64,000 nucleotides of DNA from the human T2T-CHM13v2.0 reference genome, Homo sapiens, in NCBI RefSeq assembly GCF_009914755.1, contig NC_060934.1, one strand, 5' to 3'. This document shows positions 29,190 to 44,030 of this stretch, piece by piece. Made by a program: the position numbers and the translations under genes. The notes under the pieces are model-generated. The model did not search any database. It saw nothing but the letters and a program-made list of their open reading frames with translations, and was not told the DNA's origin. The first letter of the stretch is position 1, and the number at the start of each line of letters is the position of its first letter.

Positions 29190-30843
29190 TGTAAGACTGA
29201 ATTAAAAAAACCTAGAAAACCTGAATAGATATATAACTAGTAGGTTAATTGAATCAATAAGCAAAATTTCCCAACAAAAAACATCCCAGGATCAGATGGC
29301 TTCACTAGTGAATTTTACCAAACATTTAAAGAATTAACAACAACCATTCTCAAACTCCACCAAAAAAAATTAAAGATGTGGGAACACTCTCTAACTTACT
29401 TTATGAGGCTAGCAATACCATGATATCAAAGGCAGACAAAGACATTAAAAGAAACAAAATACAAAATTACAGACCAATATTCCTTATGAATATTGATACA
29501 AAAATCCTCAACAAAATACTAGCAAATCAAATTCAAGAGCATATTAAGAGGATTATTCACAATTATTTAATGAAATTTACTCCTAGGGTACCGGACAGGT
29601 CAACAAATAAAATCAATCAATGAAACACCACATTAACAGAATGAAAGAAACCCACATGGTTATCTCAATTGATGAAGAAAGACAGAATTATTTCTTATCT
29701 ATTGACAGAATTCAGTACAATACACTTTCATGACAAAAACACTCAACAAACTAAAAATTGAAGAAGACTACCTCACACAATAAAGGCCATATATCAAAAG
29801 CATTTAGTTAACATCATCCTCAGTGCTGAAAGACGAATAGCTTTTCCTCTAACATCACAGACAAGGCAAGGATGCCACTGCTTCTATTAAATAAAATATT
29901 GAAAGACCTAGCCAGAGCAATTAGGCAAGAAAAATAAATACAACCCTTTCAAATTGAAAAAGAAGAAAGATAATTATCTTTGATCCCAGGTGGCATGATC
30001 TCATATGTAGAAAACCCAAGAAATTCCACAAGGGAAAAAAATTAGAACTAACAAAATGGATTCAGCAAAGTTGCAGGATACAAAAATCAAACTCCCAAAA
30101 CAGTGTTATTTCTATACACTAACAATGCATAATTTAAAAAGGAAATTAAGAAAAGAATTCAATTTACAATGGCATCAAAAAGAATAAAATACTTAGGAAT
30201 AAGCTTAACCAAAAAGGCAAAAGACTGGTACATTGAAAACTACAAAAACCTGCCAAAAGAAATTAAAGATACAAGTGGAAAGACATCCCATGTTTACGGA
30301 CTAGAAAATAATATTTTTAGGATGTCAACACTATCCTAAGTAATCTACATATTCAATGCAATCCCTACCAAAATGACAATTGCATTACATAAAATAAAAA
30401 CATACAAATTCATCCTAAAATTTGTATGAAATCTCAGTGTACCCCAAATAGACAAAATAGTCTTGAAAAAGAAGAAAAAAAATCAAAGGACTCATACTTC
30501 CTTATTTTAAAAATTACTACAAAGTTACAGTAATCAGGGTCAAGTATATTGGCTAATGTCTGTAACCCCAGCCCTCTGGGAGTTACAGACATTAAAAAAG
30601 GTGGAGGATTACTTGAGGCTAAGAGTTCATGACCAGCCTGGGCAACATAGTGAGATCTTGTCTCTATAAAATAATTTTAAAAATAGCTGAGTGTGGATGC
30701 ATGTGCATGTGCCAGTAGTCTAGCTACTTGGGAGGCTGAGGCAAGAGGACTGCTTGAGCCCAGGATGTTCAGGTTGGAGTGAGCCAAGATCTTGCAACTG
30801 CATTCCAGCCTGGGTGACAGAGTAAGACCTCATCGCCAAAAAA

Positions 30844-30878
<35 letters not shown>

Positions 30879-32190
30879 GCTACAATCAGAAGAGCGTGCT
30901 ATTAAAGGCAGACATCTTAATCAATGAAAAGAAAAATACAGACCACAGGGGGAGAAAAACAAAAAACCTTTGCATATATGGCCAAATTATTTTAGACAAG
31001 AGCATTAAAACCATTCAATGAGGAAAGGATTTGTCTTTTCAACAGATGGTACTAGGAGAAGTGAATATTTACATGCAAAATAATTAACTCTTACCTTATG
31101 CCATATGCAAAAATTAACTCAAAAATGGATCAAAGACCTAAATTTAAGAAATAAAACAGGATACTTTTGGAAGAATACATAGAGGGAAACTTTATTGCAT
31201 TTGATTTTGCAAAGAGTTTATTCGGTATTACACTAAAAGTAAGGCAACAAAAGAAAAATGTAGACATATTAAGCTTCTTCAAAATTTAAAAATTTTGTTT
31301 ATTAATGATGTAATTAATGAAGTCAATAGATAACCCACAGAAGGGGAGAAAGTATTTACTGTCATGTTTAATAAAATATTAATATTCAGAATATATATAG
31401 AAATCCTACAACTGAAAAACAAAAACAAACTCAATGAAAATATGAGCAAAGGACTTGAACAGATATTTTTTTCAAGAAATGAACATCACTTATGGAAAAG
31501 GAAATGCAAATCGAAACCACAACGAGGTATCACTTCACACCCATTAGGCTTATTATTATCAAAATAACAAAAAATAACAAGTGTTAATGAGAATGTGGAT
31601 TTATTGCAATTCTTGTACACTTCTGGTGGGAATCTAAAATGGTACCTCCACTGTAGACAATAGTATTAAATTTAGAATTTCCATATGATCCAGCAATTTC
31701 ACTTTGGAGCATATACTCAAAATAATTCAAAGCAGGGACTCACACAGATATTTGTATACCATAGGCACAGCAGCACCAAAAGGTGGATGAAAGGCTAAAC
31801 AAAATATGATATATACACACAATGTATTATTTTTAACCTTAAAAAATAAGGAAATTCTGTGACATGCTACAACATGGATGAACCTTGAGGACATAATGCT
31901 AAATGAAATAATGTAGGCACAAAAAACCAAGCATTGTATGATTCTACTTTTATAAGATACCTAGAACAGTCAAATTCCTAGAAATTGGATGGTAGTTGCC
32001 AGTGCCTAGAGGAGAAAGGAATGACGTGCTAAGTTTAATGTGTATGAAGTTTCAATTTGTGAAGATGATCATAGTTCTGGGGCTGGATGGTGATGATTGC
32101 TCTATAACAATGTGAATGCACATAATGCCACTGAACTGTGCACTTAAAAATAGTTAAAATGTAAGTTTTGGTAATATTTTGTTCAAATAT
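29190..32190 (+). mobile_element. L1MB-type fragment (ORF2 RT region to 3' UTR), degraded
   Basis: ORF 29378..29623 NYRPIFLMNIDTKILNKILANQIQ is L1 ORF2; 3' UTR aatgccactgaactgtgcacttaaaaatagttaaaat. Confidence 0.9.
30538..30877 (+). mobile_element. AluJo inserted in L1MB
   Basis: Dimeric Alu, A/GAAAA tail, degenerate TSD aagttacagtaatcag / aagctacaatcag. Confidence 0.85.
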
Positions 32191-34089
32191 ATAAATATAT
32201 ACCAAATATATTTCTGCAATAAAAAATGCATCTATATCTTTTAGAATGTCACACCGTTGTTGGGAATGAGACACCCTTACTCATTTGGAGATCACTGCGA
32301 AAGCCCCATCCATCTATCCTTATACATTTCCAGTTTTGAATGTAACCTGACAGAGTGCCTGATGAATTCAGTCCATGCCACTGACATATAGGTTAAAAAG
32401 TATAAGAAGAACAAACATCATCATACATTGCAAAGAAATAACTTTTGGATACCTATTATGCAATAGCTGCTGTATTTGGCAGTAATAATAAATAGAAAAA
32501 GAAGACAAAGTTTTATCACTAAATTAGAAATGTAAATAATACTTACAATAAAATTTGGTGAGTGCTAAACAGATTGTATGCTCAGGTGCAGTGGAAATCT
32601 TGACACTGTCCTGAGATATGCTGAAGACAATTGATAAATACATTTTTTTTAAGGATTTGTCAAAGTGATAAAATTTATTTTGTACTTTTAAGATAAACAT
32701 TATAAAGTTGTGATAGTTTCCCTATCTATAAAACATCTTCTGATTGCTGATACATATCTATCCCATTAAATTGTTATAAAAACAACTAAGGAAAATAATG
32801 GATATGTACAGTATCAATTAGGAAGAGATACAATCAAAACATTTCTTATCAAAAGGTTTTTTTGCAATGCACTGCTAACAGTTATTGCTATGGCAACTCA
32901 ATTATCTTGAAATATTCAGATTACACTGAAACATCATACTATTGAAAATCAACATTTTCACTTTTATTATTTATCATACTTTTAATATAAAAATAACACT
33001 TGTTTGAGATTCCTTTGTTCAATTTTTCTAAAAGATAATATTAGAAAATATTGTCTATAGGTAAACAGAGTATTCAAGAACAATGAGTTTAGGGAAAAAA
33101 ATAAGGAAAACCATCCCTAAACCTCACCATCCTATACAGAAATTTGAAATTTGAAAGCAGGTAAAAGTAAATCACTGTAGAGTCTTTAATATAAACTTTA
33201 CATTTCATACATGAAAGCTTCAAGAGGAGGACCCAAAACAACAACATTGAATCAAAATACTACAAGTTTTTTTTTTAAACAAATTTTAGAACCATTTATG
33301 ATGGTGGTTCACTCACCTTCTCATAGGTTCTTCAAGGTGCAGGAAACTGACAAACAGGTAAGAGATAGTCATGCAAGTGATATGAGAGGAAAAAAGGGGT
33401 GGCACAAATGCTGATATAAATGTGTATAATTAAATGACTCATAGCAGGAAAAATGCAGCAACTGAGTAAACACATTTCCCAAAGAAACTACAAGAACAAA
33501 ATATTCTAAACTCACAGTGACAATTAGAAGTTTCACTGATTTACATACTGGTTGAAGCTGAGCATATTATAAACCTACCAAACAAAACTTTTATCTGGTC
33601 AGGGATCAAAGAATTCATTAGTCATGGTAAGACTCATGTTAAGAGAGTTTATAAACATTGGGTATCCTTCAAAATGATTCAAACTGTTTAGTCTTCCTAA
33701 GAACATAAGAATATTTTGACATACCATATATTTTAAACCATAAATAGCTCAGCAATCAATTTCTCAAATCAGATATGTCTTGGGGTTTAAGCACAGAATA
33801 TTTGAGATTGAAGGAATAGTGAGTAAAGCACTATATGGTAACACACTTTTGCATCTTTGATGTGGGAAATGGAGAATTTAATACAACTACCATCCCTTCC
33901 TTTGACAAAAATCCCTCTTAAAGTGGAAATTTCAGTTTAAAATTTTGTGTGCCTACAATTTTTTTTTATACTGAAGATAAAGATCTTTCAAAGAGTAGCT
34001 TTTCCTAGCCCAACACATGTTTAATTATTATCAACAATAGTTGAAGAGATTTTCCTGAAATATTGGCTTAGGGAAATCAGGATAGTGTT

Positions 34090-34485
34090 CAGAACGTTTA
34101 AACTCTCTGATATCACAACCTCAATATTTCAGTGACTTCATATAATCATAATGTTGTTTTTTTTTGTTTCCCACGCCTCGCTCAGAGTAATCCAACACAG
34201 TTATCCTTACTTAAACCATTTTCTTCCAAGTGACAAGGATCCAGGCTCTCTCCATTTTGTGACTCTACCTTCCTCATGCTCCTCAGTGTCCTGTCCATTT
34301 AGTCAGTAGACAGAAAAAGAATGGAAGACGGGGTGTGGGAGGATTTCACGAGCTGTACTTGAAAGTGGTATATATCATTTCTTCCCACACTCTTTTAGCT
34401 ATAATCCAGTCATATGGCTTCATCTAATCCCAAAGGAGGATAGGGACTGTCACTGAGCTTTGTGTTTGGTGAACAGCCAGTAAAT
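34090..34485 (-). mobile_element. Old MaLR LTR (MLT1J/K/L-like)
   Basis: ggatccaggctctctccattttgtgactct...gaaagtggtatatatcatttc...cagtcatatggc. Confidence 0.55.
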
Positions 34486-34924
34486 TGGGCAATTTATCTC
34501 TTCATAGATAAGGATTTCTATTTTCTGAGTTTATTTCTTGTGAGAACAAAACAAGATTTTATACTCACTTTATCTAACATTATCTGCTTTTCAGGCCTGT
34601 GTGTGTGAGCGTGAGCATGTATGAGTTTAATAAAAATATTACTTTGCCAAAACACTCTAAAGCAGAAGTTTGTTTTCATTCTACCATTACTATCTTTTCG
34701 GCATCATCTTTCTGCCTCAGGGTGCACATCTTTTTTGACTTCAGAGTTAGGCCAGAACACAGTGCTCCCATCACTATATTACACCCGGTTCTTCCTAGTA
34801 TAACAGTACTTTAAACTCCTTTCTAGATGTCCAGTCCTCTTCAGAACGTACATGTCTGTTGTTGCATAGTTTTAAGTATCATCTTGTGACTTGTTAATAT
34901 GCTAAAGCCTTAATGAGAAATAGT

Positions 34925-35105
34925 ATAAAGTTTCTCAGAAAATGGTCCCTAAATCCACTACATCAGAATCACCTGAGGTATTTGTTAACTTTTGAAAATC
35001 TAAACCAGGAATTGAGAATTGCAATCTCCTAGAGATGACTGAAACCTGCGTTTAAAAAACCACTTCCAAGTGGCTCTATTGCACATCAAATTTTAAGAAC
35101 TAAAA
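34925..35105. mobile_element. MER5-type DNA transposon remnant
   Basis: tttctcagaaaatggtccc..catcagaatcacctgagg...aaattttaagaac. Confidence 0.6.
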
Positions 35106-37287
35106 GCTCAGTGGTACTATCTTCCAAGATAACACATTTCGATTATTACAGTGACCTTCATATAATTTCATATAACCACATAACAAATGTTATATAGACT
35201 TCAACTGAGATCAAATAAAACAAGGACACTGTTCTCCTCACAAAACTTTAATATTATTCAACTAAGACAAACACCCAAGAGACAAACATCTCTTGAATTC
35301 AAAGACAGCACGAAATGTGAATGCTGCTCCTAATACAAAATTTAAAAATGAACAAGGCTGTCATTTAGATTCTTTACAAATAAACAGGAAACTCAGGTAA
35401 AAAAATAGCAAACGGCTGATAGCAATCAGAACTGCAACTAAGTTAGATGAGTTTCCTGTAGCTTCCAGGTGTCTTTATAATTGAAATAAATGACTCCTTA
35501 AAAAAAAGCAAAATAAATTAAATTATGAAGAGAAGGATGCCTGACAACAGTTTAGAATATGTGTAAATGCATATATATTTTTAATGCATTTGACACTTCA
35601 AGATGCCTAGCTAGATAAACCAAACCAGGTCATCAGCTTTATACTACGTTTACAAGATAAAAATTAATATTTTTAACAGAAAGTATTATTTTATCGTAAA
35701 GTACTTTAATAAAGATGTTTTTCTTAATACCTTTCTTATTGGAAACTAAGTTTTCTAGAGATACATAAAATGCAATGCAAAGGCCCAAATCATTTCATTA
35801 TTTAAATATAAAACAAAAGGTATGCCTGGAGGGGCATGGAACCCCATGGTTTCAGTCTGTCCTATACAAATATATACAGTACGTAATGATGATTGTTAGA
35901 ATTACCTGAATTTTTATTAGCCCTTCCTTTTTGTTGTGATAACATTTCTTTTACTACTTCTACTCTTTCATATCAACACCACCACAGCTGCCACCACACC
36001 AAGAGTTAGATTTAGCTAGTTAGTTCCTGAAAATTCTTGAGATGAGGGTAGACACAGGAGTGAAGTGGGTAAAATAGAAAACCTCTTCTTATACCAATGA
36101 AACTTTTTATAAATCAAATACAATTTTTATTACTTCCTCAAAAGAATTAGCGCACCCTGCTGCTAGTGCCAAGGATGACATAGGCACCTGATGTACAGCA
36201 CTTTTTCTCTTTAAATTCCAAGAATCTCTGAATACTGTTGAACATAATTGTTAAAATTCATGTTATTAAGAGTCTTGTTGAAAAAGTATGATTTTGCTAA
36301 TTAATGTGAAATAGATTACTATTCTTTAATACAAATATTTTGTATTATTCTTTATTAATACAAACATTTAATACAAATTCACTATGGATGAGTTTTTTTT
36401 CTCCATATTTTAAATTCTTGGTCTCTGAAACCTTGATAAGGAAGCTGTTACTCAGGCACAAGTGATTCTGCATTGCTGAAAATGCTTCCCAATGTTCTTA
36501 GGAAGTCATGAGTCTTTAGTGATTAATATACCGAAAAACACTGAGCTGTGGGATGGGTGGTTCATCACTTTCCAGTAGGTGTGTTTTTATTTTGATTGCT
36601 AACTGTGACCATCCAGGAATACTAGTGCCATTTAACTACTTTGGGAATTATTTTGGTGGCTAGAATGTACAGCTATTCATAATTATGGTAATTGTATTTT
36701 TAAGTAGTGACTTATTTTTAAGTAGAGGCATTTAAGCATTTAGAAATAGAAGCTCCATTCTGGTGCCACTCCAATGTTGCTTTAGTGTATCTAATTGCCT
36801 AAATGGATTTCAGCTCTTTAGCTGCTGTCATTATAGCAAGTCCCAATAATAAGCAATGGTTACTCAGGGAAATGTGTTTACTTCGAGAGGATGGAAGCAT
36901 TTGCACTGCTTTCTAAATGTGAATTCTGCCCAGAACTCATAAATGTGCTCATCGATGGTGTGACTTCTTTGATAGCTCTATTTCAATATACTAAATTGCA
37001 CCTGAAGATTATTTGACAAAGTAGGAAGGAAAACTTCAACAGGTTTCCATGGCTTCAGGGTGAAGACTTTGAATCCCTATAGCCATCAGGGTAAAGATAA
37101 AAAGCCCTTGTGAACTCACTATTCCCATTTCCTCCTTTCTATCCTCTGCTCCAAACTGCTTGGCCACTTGCATTCCTGATTCTATCAGTCTCTCACTTCC
37201 TTTATTTCACTTATGTTTCCCCTGCTTAGTATTACAGATTATCCTTGGTGCTGTCAAAACATCCTGCTTCTTAGTCTTTGAAAATAA

Positions 37288-37684
<397 letters not shown>

Positions 37685-38064
37685 GAGTTTTTTCTTTTTA
37701 AAAGATTCTTAGAACTTATGTTCAGCACAGAGCTGACATTCAATAAATGTTTGATGAAATCTGCCTCTGGATAATTTCATCTATTTGAAGCTAAGCTTAA
37801 GGGGCAGCTTTTTGTAAAATATTCCCTAATACTATACAATGAGCATTTCGTAAATAAGTATATTTAATGTTGAAGGTACTGGTGTATGTTCATTTGTGGA
37901 TGCAAAGATGTTATGTCCCTGTGTATAGGAATTAGGAGAGCAAGTGGTTAATGGCAGGGTCTGAATCTGAAAAATACCATAATATCCTTCAAGTAGTCAC
38001 TTTTTCCATCTTATTTCCATTCTCCCTGGCTATGTTATGTATGTATATATGTATAAAGACATAC

Positions 38065-38833
38065 TGAGAGACAGGACTAGCTGGATTTCCTAGGCGGACT
38101 AAGAATTCTTAAGCCTAGCTGGGGAAGGTGACCGCACCGCCCTTTAAATACGGGGCTTGTAACTCAGCTCACACCCAACCAATCAGGTAGTAAAGAGAGC
38201 TCACTGAAATACCAATTAGGCTAAAAACAGGAGATAAAGAAATAATCAAATCATCTATCACCTGAGAGCACAGGGGGAGGAACAATGATTGGGATATAAA
38301 CCCCAGGCATTCGAGCTGGGAGTGGGCAGCCCCCTTGGGGTCCCCTCTCATTGTATAGGAGCTCTGTTTTCACTCTATTAAATCTTGCAACTGCACCCTC
38401 TTCTGGTCCGTGTTTGTTCTGGCTGGAGCTGAGCTTTCGCACACTGTTCCACCACTGCTGAATGCCACTGTCACAGACCTGCCGCTAACTTATACTCCTC
38501 TGGATACGGCAGGGTGTCCGCTGCCCTCCTGATCCAGCGAGGCATCCATTGCGGCTCCCTATCGGGCTAAAGGCTCGCCATTGTTCCTACACAGCTAAAT
38601 GCCCGGGTTCGTCCTAATCAACCTGAATACTAGTTGCTGGGTTCCACGGTTCTCTTCCGTGACCCACGGCTTCTAATAGAGTTATAACACTCACCACATG
38701 CCCCAAGGTTCCATTCCTTGGAATCCGTGAGGCCAAGAACCCCAGGTCAGAGAACAAAAAGCACCCCGCCACCATCTTGGGAGCGGCCTGCCACCATCTT
38801 GGGAGCTTGAAGAACAAAGACCCGCCTGTAACA
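38065..38833 (+). mobile_element. HERV-W solo LTR (LTR17), full length 769 bp
   Basis: Starts TGAGAGACAGGACTAGCTGGATTTCCTAGG, ends TGTAACA; CCAAT, TATAAA, ATTAAA; near-TSD ATAC/TTAC. Confidence 0.92.
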
Positions 38834-41099
38834 TTACCACATACACAGACATGCTCTATATTTTTACGATTGAATTTCTCTAGTGAATTTATCATTTCTT
38901 TCCTTTTCCTCTTATTTCCCTGTTGAAAACATACTGAAACAAAGTTACACTTTGTGATTATTAACATTAGAATTTTCAAGCTAGAAATCCATGTATCTTC
39001 CCTCACAGTCTATTATCTTTATGAAGTAACAGAATGAAACCACCAGAGATAATGCTATATTTCAGTAAATAAATTATTTCAAATTACTTTTATCCAACCC
39101 TCATACAAATGGAGACTGTGGATACACTTCTATCCCCAAAGAGAAGTAATTTTCCTCAAATGCCTATATAAAAAATGAATTATTGTTCAATGATTAGTTA
39201 TATGATAAGGATGAATATTTAATATCACTGCTTTTTAACTAGACTAATAAAATCGACATTTACTGTTTGGTTATTAAGATTAGACCCGGTTTTACAATAA
39301 AATTTCATATATTGGATAACCTGGAGAATCTACAGAATATTTTAAACAATAATTCATTTTTCCAGAAAACAAATTATTTCACTTCATGTTATTTTTTATA
39401 GTACATACAAACAGAACAAATATGTTTGCACTAAATTATATTTTTTATGGTTTATTTTAAACATTTTAGTGATAACCTTATCTTTCTAATAGTCCTATCA
39501 CTTTCTGAAAGCATGATCCTGAATTTCCTCTGGTTTTATCAATCATAAAACATGATTTTAGGCATATAGTAATCTACCCACTTAAACAATCAACTTCTAC
39601 ATTTGGGTATAATTACTACATAATGCATGATGAAATGAATTATACACACCTTGGGTAGTGTGTTTCCTAAAGTCCGTCTGACAATTTAAAATTTAGAAAT
39701 GCATACAAACATGGCATCCAAAATCCAGTCTCTGTATATTACAGAGGTCTATGAAGATTAAGGTTTTTTGCTTTTTCATAATTTTGTTAAGTTATAAATT
39801 TGAGGACATAACGAATTTATGACAGTTTTAAATTGGCCTCAAAACAATCTAGGATAGTCAGGGTTTCAAGAGCAAATTTTATCAGTGGGGCATGTTTGTT
39901 AATTAATGAATTACAAACCCAAACAGGAAGTTCCTCAGAGCCCAATGTTCTATCTATAAAAAGGGTCATTGAAAAACTGGACTGGGAATCATAATGAAAT
40001 AAAATTATTTAATTTCACATTCTATTCATATCTCAGAACTTATACATAAAAGAGAGAAAGAGGCTCAAAGAAGAGACATAAACATTCAAGTTATAGAAAT
40101 TCTGTAAGACAAGAATGAGGTGTATTAACCTCAGGCTCTAAAATAGGAGAAAATTAACATTGTGTGTAAATAGTTACGGCATTTTCAGAGTTAGCAGAAA
40201 CTTCTCAGATGTTATCACTAACGCTTTGTAGATATTTTATTCCCTTTTGGAAAAACAAGCTCATAAAAACAATACTTCAATAAAATATATACGCCTAGTA
40301 TTGTATGATGTACTGGTAGCACAGGGAAGAAAGCCATTTATTTTTAGAGATATTCAAAACCCTCACTGATCACTGCTGCAAAAAGTACAAGTTTAGCACT
40401 ATAAGAGTTAAAGAGCAGCGGAAAATGCCCATCTTGTTATGGCAGGGGAGAGTATTAGAAATGAAACCTTAGTTTTATAAATTTCGAAACTGTACAGACA
40501 GAATGTGCAGTATTAGCTTTGCCAACACTATCTGGGATAATAAGAATATTTACCTGATAGAATAAGTCACATAAATTTAGAAGACCTTAATAATTTTAGG
40601 AGGGTACTTTGAACAAGTTTTCTCTCTCATGCTGTTTTTTAGAAACTGATCCTAGCAACTGGTTAGATAAAAATGATCAGAAATACTGAATGCAATGTGT
40701 TAAATGATTTTCAATGTTTAGAACTCTGTTAGAAAAAAATAACATTTTGGAAAAAGTAGATGCAAAAGAAGTCATAATATAGAAGTAAAATTTTTTTGGG
40801 GTGTTACCTCTGTGAAATCTCATACAAACTTCCAAGACACACTTAAAAATTTGGAATACCTCCTGTATGCATTGTGTTCCTTTTTCATTTTTGGCAACCA
40901 TTTACATTTCCACCAATGTTTGTGGATCTACCCTCTATCAGTATTTTTCTTGAACTTGTGGGTTTAGTGATGAACAAAAATGATAAAATCTCTTCCCTAT
41001 AAGAACATATATAATGACTACACATATACATAAGCCTATATGTAACTAATAAATTTTAAGGAACAATATTCAGAGGTGTGATACCATTTGAAGCAAATG

Positions 41100-44030
41100 G
41101 AATAAAAGAAGTAACAGTAAGATTACAAAATTTGGTGCATTAAAAATAACAAAATTATCTTAAATCCATTGAGGAACTAAACACTATTACAAATACATTT
41201 GAGAGGCAAGGGCAACAAAGGAAACCTCCTTGATTTAAAATAAAATCAATACTAAAATTATAATCTATTTAGAAATAATCAATAGCCTATGTATTAAAAT
41301 ATATGAATTATTCTCAGAGTGGTGGTCAAATAAAAATGTAAATATGTAAATGCGTTTGTTGGACTATAAAAAAGAACATATGTATTATCAAATATTAATT
41401 TTTAAAAATCCTACAAATATTAAAAATTAGAGCAGAAGGGAATAAAGACAAAAAATAATTAAAAGAATGTATTAAAAGCAACATTAAAGAAAATAATGCC
41501 AATACCTGTGTTTTTGAAAGACATATAAAGTAGAAAAAAGGCCTTTGGGAAATACTAATAAGAAAGAAAATAAACAACAGGAATGAAAAATGGGATAGCA
41601 CACAAATATAAAAAACATTAAAAACACTCATTTTAACATTTCTAAGAGTTATACAGGTAATGCCCACAAGCTATTGACAGAAGTTAACACAAATTCTCTC
41701 AATTTTGTATCAGGCCGTAACGGTAAAATTTAGGAAAAATAGGCAGCTCAAAGTAAAACTACATGAACTATATTAAACAGGGAGTATGAGAGATAGGCCA
41801 ATAAAGTTATATATTATGAACCTTTCCAAAAAAGATAATGAAGTGTCCATATATTAAGATAATAAAAAATAAGCTCGTATGTATACCTACTATGTAGTCA
41901 AATACATCAAGAATTAAAAAAAAAAATTTAAAAAGCTCAAAATGTAAGCCAGAAGAAAATATTCAAAAGCAGTAGTAAATTGAGATCTAATACAACTTAT
42001 TGAAATGAAAATCAAAGATCAAAAATTAAGAAACTGATGAAAAAACAATAGCTTGGCTATATAAAGTTAAAATAGAAAAAGCATCTAGAATGCAATCTCA
42101 GAAAGAGCAATGGTAACTACAAAAGAAAGTTTGCATGACATGAAGAAAAAAGTTAGAAAATTTGATTGATGTCTAATTGGCATTTTAGAATAAGCTAATA
42201 CAAAAGAGGTGTTTTTTAAACAGATAAACTGAAAATATTCCAGAATTGTTGAAAGAGTGGCAATTTAGAAAGCTCAACTATTTGCAAGCAGAATGAATGA
42301 ATAAGTAAACCAGAGTCCCAAACTATTCACAATATAGTAAAACTATAGAGCACTAAATACAGGTGTTAAAAGCACTAACTGGGTAAAAAAATGCATAGGA
42401 AGGGCTTTTAAACTGACAGTTGACTTCTCATCATCAAGGATCAAAACCAGATGACCAGAGAATCAGTTGAGTTAATCTTCAATGTGTTAAGTCAAACTGC
42501 CTACCAAGCATTCTCTACATAATAAAAACATTTCTCAAGAATAAGGATGAAATAAAAATATTTTCATAGTAAAATTTAAAACATTATACAGTCTGCAAAC
42601 TCTAAGGGAAATTCTGAGACATTTATTTCAGATGGAAAAAGTATTCCACATGAAAGCTCTGAAATGTAAAAATAATGTGGGCAAAAATAGTAAATAAATT
42701 AGTAATAAAGCATTGACTGTATAAAATAATTTAGAAAATTAATTTATGAGAACACAAACAGGCTAGAAGTAATAAACTGGACAAAAATACCTTAATAGTT
42801 TAGAGTGGGATGATCTATCAATGGTTACAGCTGTTTAGGCTTCATTTATTAAGAAAAGGATGAAGAGTCTTTAATTCTTTAAATAACTTGAGACATTGCT
42901 AACTATGAAAGCTAAACTAGCCGGTCTAAATTAGACCTTCTAAACAAACAAACAACAAAAAGCATGAAGAAACAATAAAAAATAAAAGGCATGAAAGGGA
43001 TAAATAAAAAGCCAAGAGAAAGCAAATAAAAAATTGACACAACTAGAAAATCATAAAGACAAATGTGACAAGAGTTTTTTTTTTTTTTTATAAATAACCC
43101 TTTAAATGCTGTATACAAGTGGTAAATATAAAGAAAGGTTGAAACTAAAAAAGAATGGAAATTCAAGAGAAAGGATGTCAAGCAAAGGGTAACCAAAAGA
43201 ATTGACAGTTATATTAATATTAAAACTAGTAGTTTTCAAGGTTAAACACATTAGCCTATAGATGAAGCAGGCTACCACACAAAGAGTTCAGTTCAGAAGA
43301 AAAATATAAATGTAAATTTACATATACCTTAATAAAGTAACTGCAAAGTATGTAAGAAAATGGAACTATAAAGACAAATGCACAAATCCACTATCATAGT
43401 TGGAGATTTGAACACACCTCTCAGGTGACAGACAACAAAAAATTAAGTATATAAGATATAAATTGAAACAAAAATTGCAAACATAATCTAATAGAAAATA
43501 CTACACACAATCTAAAATGCATTCTTTCCAAACCTATGTGAAACATTAAAAAAGATGACATCACTCTTTATCAGTAAAAAAGATAATTCACTCACCAAAT
43601 TTCAAAGTTTATTAAACAGATGATATTCTCTGACCAAATTAAACTTAGATTATCTTCTCACAATCAATAGAAGACCAAATTATTTTTCAAAGAAATTTAT
43701 GAATCAATGAAATAATTATAACAGAATATAGGAAATGCTATGAATTGAATGATTGTGAAAATAAAGGAAGTCAGAAGAAATGTATAACCTTAAATATTTA
43801 TTTGAGAAAACAAATAAAGATCCAAATACGTGAGTTGATCATCTGATAAAAGTAAGAGTTGACAAAAAAGGTACATCTTCTCCAATCCGAAAACAGAAAG
43901 TGGGAAAGATCAAGGTATCACTAGAGGTCAATGAAACAAAACATACAATAGTGGATGACAAAAGCCAATCTCTGAATCTTTGAAAAGAATATAATAAATG
44001 AACATCTGAAACCAGTGATCGAGAAATGTT
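41100..44030 (+). mobile_element. Ancient L1M(E) fragments (ORF1 3' part and ORF2 endonuclease region)
   Basis: actgacagttgacttctca (ORF1), ctatcatagttggagatttgaacacacctctc (IIVGDxNTPL), tctctgacca (SDH-like). Confidence 0.7.

Noticed and set aside
29378-29623. Reverse-transcriptase-like ORF
   Set aside because: Short relic of a frameshifted L1MB ORF2, not an intact gene or a novel RT system
38765-38806. Direct repeat GCCACCATCTTGGGAGC x2
   Set aside because: As recalled, a normal feature of the HERV-W U5 consensus; two copies do not make an array
38614-39006. 130-aa minus-strand ORF
   Set aside because: Chance frame across the LTR17 U5 and flank; the solo LTR has no gag/pol/env
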